Shown here piece by piece: positions 1 through 8,081 of a stretch of DNA of 32,000 nucleotides. The position numbers were made by a program, and so were the translations under genes. Positions within the stretch are counted from its first letter, which is position 1; each line of letters opens with the position of its first letter. This stretch comes from an uncultured Erysipelotrichaceae bacterium. GTDB taxonomy: Bacteria > Bacillota_I > Bacilli_A > Erysipelotrichales > Erysipelotrichaceae. The notes beneath the pieces were generated by a model. The model searched no databases and had not been told where the DNA came from. It saw only the letters and a list, made by a program, of their open reading frames with translations. The DNA is taken from positions 1,680,001 through 1,712,000 of the forward strand of contig OW818653.1 in the NCBI GenBank assembly GCA_942492995.1, given 5' to 3'.

Positions 1-1
1 T

Positions 2-1045
<1,044 letters not shown>

Positions 1046-1095
1046 TACAAAAGTATCAATTTGGATATGAAGAATAATAGCTACTGATAATTATG

Positions 1096-1129
1096 AAAAG
1101 TACAAACTCGAAACAAGTTTGTACTTTTT
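1096..1129. terminator. Bidirectional rho-independent terminator between convergent genes
   Basis: Perfect 13-bp stem aaaagtacaaact (1096-1108) / agtttgtactttt (1116-1128) with a 7-nt loop, flanked by an A-run and a T-run. Confidence 0.75.
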
Positions 1130-1221
1130 AATTCGTAGATATATACAGATTAAAATATATTATGTTTTATTGATATTGACCATGTGAAAATCATTATTTA
1201 GTTGCTTTTTGTTTAACATAA

Positions 1222-1980
1222 TTAGAATTCTAATTCTTGTTTATTCATATCGGATAATACGTTATACAATCTAGCATTTGTTGCTTCTACATATGGAGCT
1301 ACAAAGTAACTTGATAATCCAAATGTGATTAAACTTAATAAGTTCCATAAGATAAATGAGAAATCTAATATAAAAATATTTCCCTTATGTCCCATTGTCA
1401 TTTGTTTACTCTTACTGAGTACTTCTTTAGGAGTCAAGCTTGTATTTTCAGCTAATAAATAAGGTACGTATCGATATTGATATCCCTTTACAATTCCAGG
1501 AATAATAAATACAAATGTCCATAAGAGTATGTAAATGAAGGCTAATCCTTGAGCTTTTATAATAGGCATATAATCTTTTGAATTGAACCCAAAGAATAGT
1601 TTACTAATATCAACATCTCCTTTAAATGCATCTAAGAAGAATTTACTCTTACCAACTTCGATAATAAACCCTAGTAGTAACATTGCGATACCGATAACAA
1701 TCGATATAAACGATGCCGTACCTAATGCTAGAAATCCTAATGGTCTAATACTACGGAATGCGGATTGAAAGAATTGAAATATTGGCGCAATAGATACCGA
1801 TACATTTCCTTGACCAAATACATATTCATAATTCTGCTTATATTCCATAACCACATTAGACTTCCCATTTCCTAATCCATTCATTAGTAGTGTAGTGATG
1901 AGTACGACTAAAAAGGCTTTCCAATAATGTTGTTTTAGAAAGTCTTTAGCGTAGTCTTTTAATTCGCTTCTTGTCCACAT
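1222..1980 (-). CDS. DUF975 family integral membrane protein
   Basis: N-terminus MWTRSELKDYAKDFLKQHYWKAFLVVL and several hydrophobic helices are typical of DUF975. ATG start with AGGGGGA upstream. Confidence 0.7.
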   Translation of the reverse strand: MWTRSELKDYAKDFLKQHYWKAFLVVLITTLLMNGLGNGKSNVVMEYKQNYEYVFGQGNVSVSIAPIFQFFQSAFRSIRPLGFLALGTASFISIVIGIAMLLLGFIIEVGKSKFFLDAFKGDVDISKLFFGFNSKDYMPIIKAQGLAFIYILLWTFVFIIPGIVKGYQYRYVPYLLAENTSLTPKEVLSKSKQMTMGHKGNIFILDFSFILWNLLSLITFGLSSYFVAPYVEATNARLYNVLSDMNKQELEF

Positions 1981-2014
1981 ATAATATAATCCCCCTTTTA
2001 TTTAGTGTACTATT

Positions 2015-3073
2015 CTAAAATTGTAGGCTATTTCTATCTTTATCATGATTTGATACATGATTTGTAGAACTGTTATAGACAGATTCCATATATTTCAATG
2101 ATTTTTGAAGAACGCTAATAGATGCTGTATATTTATCAAAATCTATTGTAGAGTTTTTTATATCATTCGTTAAACTATCTAACTGAGCTCTGAACTTTTG
2201 AAGGACAGCTTGAGAAGTATAACTATCTTTCTGAGTGTTAATAATAATCTCTTTTATAACAGTTTCCAATTTTGCGGATTGTGTTAATGCGGATTGATTA
2301 GAAGACGCAATATGTGCGAAAGTTTCATCAATGGAAGTTCCTTCATTTAATAATCCTAACATTGCGCCACCACCTATAATAGCGAGAGGAGCATCGGGTT
2401 TACCTGTAGAACCAAAAGGTACATAACTACCACCAATGATTGTGAGTAATCGGTTGTAGTATGAATAGAAATATTTAACGACAAAGCCTATTCCAATTAG
2501 AATCATAATTTCTAGTACGGATAGAAAACCGATTGCGGTTAATGACACTGCAGCTAATATACATGCGATTGCGATAAGGTTCTTTTTGGTAGTTTCGTTC
2601 AATCTCGAGATAGAACTTGAATAAGCATTTCTATATTGATCAACTAATTCAACATCCATTATATTGTTTCTACGAACTAGATCTTTTATTACATTAGTTT
2701 GGTCGTTAAATTTTAATTTCATATAAACATTATCATTCTTTGAGTTTGCGCCTAATGGAGAATATGGCCAAAAATGAGTCATTTCAAACATTAATAGATA
2801 ATACCAAGTCATATTCAGTCCACTTGATTGTAAGTTTTTAATAGCTTCAACAATTCCATCTTCATCGAGTAAAACAACATTCTCATTTAGTGTAATAGTA
2901 GAAATATATTTTAAGTATGGTGTTTCCCAATCTTTTAGCCACATTTGTTTTGCGGATTTTTTACCACCTGATTGTATATCTTTATCTACTAATAGTCTTT
3001 CAATTGAAGCTTTAATAATTAATTGTTCACTATTTAATCCAAATATTGAGATAAGATCGCTACTATAATTCAT
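2015..3073 (-). CDS. Hypothetical membrane protein (352 aa): soluble N-terminal domain, central TM helices, helical C-terminal region
   Basis: Long ORF with GGAGG 6 nt upstream of the ATG. Hydrophobic stretch LIAIACILAAVSLTAIGFLSVLEIMILIGIGFVV. No family recognised. Confidence 0.6.
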   Translation of the reverse strand: MNYSSDLISIFGLNSEQLIIKASIERLLVDKDIQSGGKKSAKQMWLKDWETPYLKYISTITLNENVVLLDEDGIVEAIKNLQSSGLNMTWYYLLMFEMTHFWPYSPLGANSKNDNVYMKLKFNDQTNVIKDLVRRNNIMDVELVDQYRNAYSSSISRLNETTKKNLIAIACILAAVSLTAIGFLSVLEIMILIGIGFVVKYFYSYYNRLLTIIGGSYVPFGSTGKPDAPLAIIGGGAMLGLLNEGTSIDETFAHIASSNQSALTQSAKLETVIKEIIINTQKDSYTSQAVLQKFRAQLDSLTNDIKNSTIDFDKYTASISVLQKSLKYMESVYNSSTNHVSNHDKDRNSLQF

Positions 3074-3099
3074 ATTATTCCTCCACCACGTGTACTTTA

Positions 3100-3128
3100 A
3101 TTCTATTAAATTACTTGTACACTTACAA
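3100..3128 (-). promoter_or_regulatory. Candidate sigma-A promoter for the 3073-1222 minus-strand genes
   Basis: On the minus strand, TTGTAA (3128-3123), a 17-nt spacer, then TAGAAT (3105-3100). Confidence 0.3.
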
Positions 3129-3165
3129 ACATATATTTTGATATTTTAATGTATTCACAATTAAA

Positions 3166-3194
3166 GTAAACGATATAAAGTAAAATGGTATAAT
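3166..3194 (+). promoter_or_regulatory. Candidate extended -10 promoter for the five-gene operon
   Basis: TGgTATAAT at 3186-3194 with a weak -35 (gtaaac, 3166-3171) at 17-nt spacing. A 9-bp direct repeat taaagtaaa occurs at 3162-3170 and 3176-3184. Confidence 0.4.
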
Positions 3195-3235
3195 CTATAT
3201 AAATTAGTTTTATTTTTCTATGCAAGGAAATCATT

Positions 3236-3550
3236 ATGAAAGAAACGATAAAAAGAGTTCTACAATTCACTAAAGAACGAGATTGGGATCAATTCCATCA
3301 TCCAGAGAATCTCGCAAAATCTATTTCTATAGAATCTGCAGAATTATTAGAATGTTTTCAATGGAGTTCTGATTATGATCATGACAAAGTTGTGGATGAA
3401 TTAGCAGATATACTTAATTACTGTATCTTGATGGCTGATAAACTTGATGTAGATATTGAAGAAATAATATTAAATAAAATAGAAAAGAATGAGATTAAAT
3501 ATCCAGTAGATAAAGCTAAAGGCAAAAGCGATAAATATACGAAATTATAG
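3236..3550 (+). CDS. MazG-like nucleotide pyrophosphohydrolase (small all-alpha NTP-PPase)
   Basis: RDWDQFHHPENLAKSISIESAELLECFQW followed by VDELADILNYCILMADKL. These are the ExxE / ExxD metal-binding helices characteristic of the small MazG-like family. Confidence 0.85.
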   Translation: MKETIKRVLQFTKERDWDQFHHPENLAKSISIESAELLECFQWSSDYDHDKVVDELADILNYCILMADKLDVDIEEIILNKIEKNEIKYPVDKAKGKSDKYTKL

Positions 3551-3559
3551 GGGTGGGGA

Positions 3560-5425
3560 ATGATAGTTTATTCGGATTCTAAGTACAATTTCATGGAAGT
3601 TGTTTTGGATGGGAAAATTGCGAATATAGTTGAACAAAGCTTGAGAGAAAGAATTGGTGTTCAAGTATCTTTAGCGGAATTTAATTCTTTCCAGAATTCT
3701 CTAGTTTTTGTGCGCATGATGTTAAGTCAAACAAAATTACATGATGATACTACTGTATCAATAGAATATAGAATTCCTAACACTTCAAAACGAATTGATT
3801 TTATTATCAGTGGATTAACTTTGGAGAATAAACCGAGTGCAGTTATTTTAGAGCTTAAGCAATGGCAACAGGTAGAAGCATTACCATTATCTGATGGACT
3901 TGTTAGAACAGTAGTTGGAGGAGGGAAGAGGATTGTTACTCATCCATCCTACCAAGCGTGGTCATATCAGAGTATGTTAAATGATTATAATGAAAATGTT
4001 TATAGAATCCCTATAGAACTATCCTCATGTGTTTTTATGCACAATTATCCAAGGGTAGACAATGTAGGGATTTTTGATTCTCATTATGAACCATATCTAA
4101 AAAAATCACCTGTTTTTGGACAATCTGATATAAGAAAATTGAGTCAATACATAGATCAAAGAATAGAATTTCCTGATTATAAAAAGACAATTGAATTAAT
4201 AGAATTCGGGAAAATAAAACCATCTAAATCACTTCAAGATTCATTAGCAAATATGCTTGAAGGAAATACTGAGTTTATCTTAATCGATGAACAGAAAGTA
4301 ATCTTCGAACAAGCGATATCTCTTGCTAGACTTTCACAAAAGGATAGAAAGAAAAGAGTCATGATTATAGAAGGTGGACCAGGTACTGGGAAGTCGGTTG
4401 TCGCGATTAATCTAATGGTTCACTTAACTTCAGCATTTGGTATGCATTGTCGATATGTAACTAAGAATTCTGCTCCTCGACAAGTTTATAAATACTATTT
4501 AAGAAAGAATGGTCAAAAAGGTAAGAATATTGATTATCTATTTACTGGTTCTGGTAGTTTTACAGATACTCCAACTGATTACTATCCAGCATTGATAGTA
4601 GATGAAGCTCATCGGTTAAATGAAATGTCTGGAATGTTTGAAAACTTAGGCGAGAACCAAGTTAAAGAAATTATAAATTCATCAGTCTTCTCGATATTCT
4701 TTATCGATCATGATCAAAAAATACATATTAAAGATATTGGAAGCACAGAAGAAATTAAGCGTTGGGCTAAATACCTTAATGCGGAAGTATTTGAGAATAA
4801 GCTAGAGTCACAATTTAGATGTAATGGATCGTCTGGTTACTTGAATTGGTTAGATAATTTATTAGAGATTCGACCAACCGCAAATGAAGTATTTGAGTTT
4901 GATTATGACTTTAAAGTATTTACTGATCTCAATGAAATGCGTAAAGCGATAGAAGAGAAGAATGTAGAAAGAAATAAGTCTAGATTATTAGCAGGATATT
5001 GTTGGAATTGGGTATCTAAGAATAATAAAGACGCATACGATATCGTATTTGATGAGTTCGATTTCAAAATGAAATGGAATTTAAGTAATGAGATTTATGC
5101 AATATCCGACTCATCAATTACTGAAGTTGGCTGTATACATACTTCTCAAGGATTAGAATTTGATTATGTTGGAGTAATTATTGGAGAGGATATGTCATAT
5201 AAAGATGGACATATTGTGACAGATCCATTAAAGAGAGCATCAACTGATCAATCATTAAAAGGTATTAAGGGAATGTTAAAGACAGATCCTGAAAAAGCAT
5301 ATAAGATTGCGGATGAAATTATAAAGAATACATATAGAACTTTAATGACTAGGGGAATGAAGGGTTGTTATGTATATTGTTTAGATAAAAAATTAGAAGA
5401 AATTCTATATTCAGAAACATCATAA
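3560..5425 (+). CDS. DUF2075 domain protein: N-terminal PD-(D/E)xK-like nuclease motif plus Schlafen/Nhi-like SF1-type ATPase
   Basis: Motifs seen: EYRIPNTSKRIDFIISG...VILELKQW (restriction-endonuclease-like), Walker A GGPGTGKS (nt 4373-4396), Walker B LIVDEAHRL, and FRCNGSSGYLNWLDNLL typical of DUF2075. RBS GGGGTGGGG upstream. Confidence 0.85.
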   Translation: MIVYSDSKYNFMEVVLDGKIANIVEQSLRERIGVQVSLAEFNSFQNSLVFVRMMLSQTKLHDDTTVSIEYRIPNTSKRIDFIISGLTLENKPSAVILELKQWQQVEALPLSDGLVRTVVGGGKRIVTHPSYQAWSYQSMLNDYNENVYRIPIELSSCVFMHNYPRVDNVGIFDSHYEPYLKKSPVFGQSDIRKLSQYIDQRIEFPDYKKTIELIEFGKIKPSKSLQDSLANMLEGNTEFILIDEQKVIFEQAISLARLSQKDRKKRVMIIEGGPGTGKSVVAINLMVHLTSAFGMHCRYVTKNSAPRQVYKYYLRKNGQKGKNIDYLFTGSGSFTDTPTDYYPALIVDEAHRLNEMSGMFENLGENQVKEIINSSVFSIFFIDHDQKIHIKDIGSTEEIKRWAKYLNAEVFENKLESQFRCNGSSGYLNWLDNLLEIRPTANEVFEFDYDFKVFTDLNEMRKAIEEKNVERNKSRLLAGYCWNWVSKNNKDAYDIVFDEFDFKMKWNLSNEIYAISDSSITEVGCIHTSQGLEFDYVGVIIGEDMSYKDGHIVTDPLKRASTDQSLKGIKGMLKTDPEKAYKIADEIIKNTYRTLMTRGMKGCYVYCLDKKLEEILYSETS

Positions 5426-5440
5426 AATAGGGGGATAATT

Positions 5441-6070
5441 ATGGGGTCATCAACAAGAAACACTTTTCCACGTTTTAAAAAGAGATTAGAAGAAACTATT
5501 GAACAAGAAGATGAATTAAATATAATTGAAATTTTAAGAAAATATTATTTTAAAAAAAATGGGGTTAGTAATTTACAGAAAAATATAATAACAACATTAA
5601 AATCAAATGAATATATTAATGTCGTTAATGGAATAATTAAGGTTTCAAAAGTTGTAAGTAGTGGACTATTATCGGGATTAGGGTTACCAGGGAATTTTAA
5701 TAGTTTAAATAATTATGAGAAAGTAGATATAATTTCAGATATTATTGGATTAAAAAGTGAACTATTATCTAATTCTTTAAACAAAACATTTGATGAGATT
5801 AATATTGATAATATTATTAATTTCGTAAAAACATTCACTGGGAATATTCTTAAATCAATTATAGAAACATTTTGCATAGAAGATATACTAGAAGTTGTAG
5901 GTGAAGATGCTAAAGAAAAAGCTGAAAATGAAATAAATGATTTCGTTAATGAAACACTTTCAAACATTCCATTTGATTTAGAATATGATGAGAATGATGA
6001 TGCAATAAATTTAACAGAAAAATTGGATAATATGTTTAGAAATATCTATCTAAATCTAAAAGGCAAATAA
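5441..6070 (+). CDS. Hypothetical protein (209 aa), N-terminus MGSSTRN, acidic C-terminus; no recognisable domain
   Basis: ORF with RBS GGGGGA 6 nt upstream. It sits 15 nt after the upstream gene and 5 nt before the next one. Very AT-rich and N/I/K-rich. Confidence 0.6.
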   Translation: MGSSTRNTFPRFKKRLEETIEQEDELNIIEILRKYYFKKNGVSNLQKNIITTLKSNEYINVVNGIIKVSKVVSSGLLSGLGLPGNFNSLNNYEKVDIISDIIGLKSELLSNSLNKTFDEINIDNIINFVKTFTGNILKSIIETFCIEDILEVVGEDAKEKAENEINDFVNETLSNIPFDLEYDENDDAINLTEKLDNMFRNIYLNLKGK

Positions 6071-6075
6071 TCTAT

Positions 6076-7338
6076 ATGTCTAATCAATTACCAACAACTT
6101 TTTATAGTGAACACTTCCAATCAACTCAAGTTAGTTTGTTTGATATAGAATTTAACGATACATTATCATTAGACATTTTTGATATCCTTGCTGGGATCGT
6201 ATATAGAGATTTTGATATGCAAAGAAATGAATATTTAATAAATAAAAATATAGTTTGTATTGATGTAAATAACTTAGAAATTCTTTTGCCATATGTTCCT
6301 ATTTTTGAAGAATTAGCTAGTTATATGACTGGTGAATTATGGAGAGTTGAATTAAAAGAAACTCAAATCTCAAAAAAAATATTTTTTGAGAATGAAAAAT
6401 TAAGCTGGGAAATAGACTCAGTTTGTTTGTTTTCAGGGGGGTTAGATTCTCTAGCGGGAGTTTGTGAAGAGTCCAGATTGAAATTAAAAACTTTGTTGAT
6501 AAATTATCAAACAAATGGTCATGAAATGAAAGTCGCAAAGAGCACTTTTGATGGTTACTTGGTAAAGAATTTCAAGCTTATACAATTTAAGAAAGCAAAA
6601 TATACAAAATATAATCATCATACTCAAAGAACTAGAAGCCTAATATTTATCGGTTGTGCATTTGTGTATTCAAGATTTCTTAATGTTAAAGATATTAAAA
6701 TTTATGAAAATGGTATTATGAGTTTCAACCCAAATGTAGCAAATATTAGGAAAACTTCAAAAACAACGCATCCGAAAACGATTTATTTACTAAATAGAAT
6801 AATGAAAATTTTTAATATTAGAGTATTAAATCCTTTTATTTATATGACAAAAGGTGAAGTAATATCAAGAATTGATGAACAGCTTTTGCCAAATATTAAA
6901 AATACAGTCACTTGTTCTAGAAATCAAAGAATAAAGTATCACTCAGATCGAGGGAATAAATATCAATGTGGTTACTGTATTTCATGTATTTTAAGACAAA
7001 TTGGTATGACCAAAATCCAATTAAATTTTATAGACTCTGAGTATATTACAGAATTGAATGAATATATATTTCCAGAATCTCGATGGATAAACGACGTAAC
7101 ATTGAAGAATATTTATTCTAAAAATCAGTTATATAGACTTAATTATAAAAACTCAACTATTAGATATTTTAGATTTTTAAAAATAGAGTTTGAAAAAGGT
7201 AAATTATTTGAATTACTTAATATTAGAAGTATGTACTTTAATGAAAGCAATTATCAAGAATTAATAATTGGACTATACATGCGCTTTATTGATGAATTAA
7301 ATTATTATTTAGAGGTTATAAATGAAAAAAGAGAATGA
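6076..7338 (+). CDS. QueC-like PP-loop ATPase (7-cyano-7-deazaguanine synthase family) with N- and C-terminal extensions
   Basis: PP-loop VCLFSGGLDSLAG (SGGLDS at nt 6433-6450). NPFIYMTKGEVI resembles the QueC PL..K.EI motif. Zn-type cysteine cluster C..(x)..CGYCISCILRQ (nt 6967-6987). Length is 420 aa versus roughly 220-230 aa for canonical QueC. Confidence 0.8.
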   Translation: MSNQLPTTFYSEHFQSTQVSLFDIEFNDTLSLDIFDILAGIVYRDFDMQRNEYLINKNIVCIDVNNLEILLPYVPIFEELASYMTGELWRVELKETQISKKIFFENEKLSWEIDSVCLFSGGLDSLAGVCEESRLKLKTLLINYQTNGHEMKVAKSTFDGYLVKNFKLIQFKKAKYTKYNHHTQRTRSLIFIGCAFVYSRFLNVKDIKIYENGIMSFNPNVANIRKTSKTTHPKTIYLLNRIMKIFNIRVLNPFIYMTKGEVISRIDEQLLPNIKNTVTCSRNQRIKYHSDRGNKYQCGYCISCILRQIGMTKIQLNFIDSEYITELNEYIFPESRWINDVTLKNIYSKNQLYRLNYKNSTIRYFRFLKIEFEKGKLFELLNIRSMYFNESNYQELIIGLYMRFIDELNYYLEVINEKRE

Positions 7339-7948
7339 ACAACTGAACATTAATAGAAAAAAATTCTATTGTCTTGACAGTAAAAGTAATAATGCATTAA
7401 ATTGTTTTAGTAGAATTAACTCGGATATAAGCCAACTTGTGAACTTAATAAAATTGAATGTAGATATTGATGAATATTCAATGTCAAAGACACTAATGCT
7501 TATAAAATATCTTTTATTGACACTAAAAGAAGCGTTGAAGTTCATATCGAATGTTATCGAAAATGAAAATTTAAAATTATTGATTCCAAATGAAGCAGAT
7601 GAAATTATAAATGAATTATCAAGTGAAATTCTCAATCCTAAATTAGCGGAAGATACATTTAATGCAAGAATTTTGACAAAAGTAAGAGATGATATTGCAC
7701 ATTATTCTATAGATAATAAGCAAGAGCGCAAAAACACTTTAATTTTGACGGAGTTAATCAATCAAGAAAAGAATATGATATTTACTCAAGCCAATAAGCA
7801 AATTGATTTTGAATTATTTACTGATATTTTATTCATAAACAATATTAGTGAAACTGAAAGAAGAGAGATGCTTTTATTAGCTGATAAGATAAGATTATTA
7901 TCAAAACAGGTTTTGATGTATCATATTAAAAATAATATGAAGGTTTGA
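7322..7948 (+). CDS. Hypothetical protein (208 aa), probably all-alpha, with HEPN-like Rx4H motif (RDDIAH)
   Basis: RBS AGAGG 6 nt upstream of the ATG. The start overlaps the QueC-like gene by 17 nt. Motif KVRDDIAHY lies at nt 7685-7702. No family recognised with certainty. Confidence 0.55.
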   Translation: MKKENEQLNINRKKFYCLDSKSNNALNCFSRINSDISQLVNLIKLNVDIDEYSMSKTLMLIKYLLLTLKEALKFISNVIENENLKLLIPNEADEIINELSSEILNPKLAEDTFNARILTKVRDDIAHYSIDNKQERKNTLILTELINQEKNMIFTQANKQIDFELFTDILFINNISETERREMLLLADKIRLLSKQVLMYHIKNNMKV

Positions 7949-7953
7949 GTTAT

Positions 7954-7979
7954 GGAGAGATTTTATTCTCTCCTTTTTT
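7954..7979 (+). terminator. Rho-independent terminator ending the five-gene operon
   Basis: Stem ggagaga (7954-7960) / tctctcc (7967-7973) followed by TTTTTT (7974-7979). Confidence 0.65.
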
Positions 7980-8081
7980 AATTGGAGAATTAATAATTAA
8001 TCTAATCTTTGCCACAATAGTTGAAGAATAATGGTGTAGATGTTGCTATTCTTAAATTGTAGACTATAGGTGAAGGTAAAT

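Noticed and set aside
6076-7338. The QueC-like gene might be the housekeeping queuosine-pathway queC.
   Set aside because: It is nearly twice the canonical length, with extensions on both sides. It has no queD, queE or queF neighbours and is embedded in an AT-rich operon with nuclease/ATPase genes. A definitive answer needs phylogeny.
3236-7948. The locus might be a Dpd DNA-modification cluster or a type IV CBASS.
   Set aside because: No DpdA/TGT-like transglycosylase, CD-NTase or Cap10/OGG-like gene is present in or near the operon.
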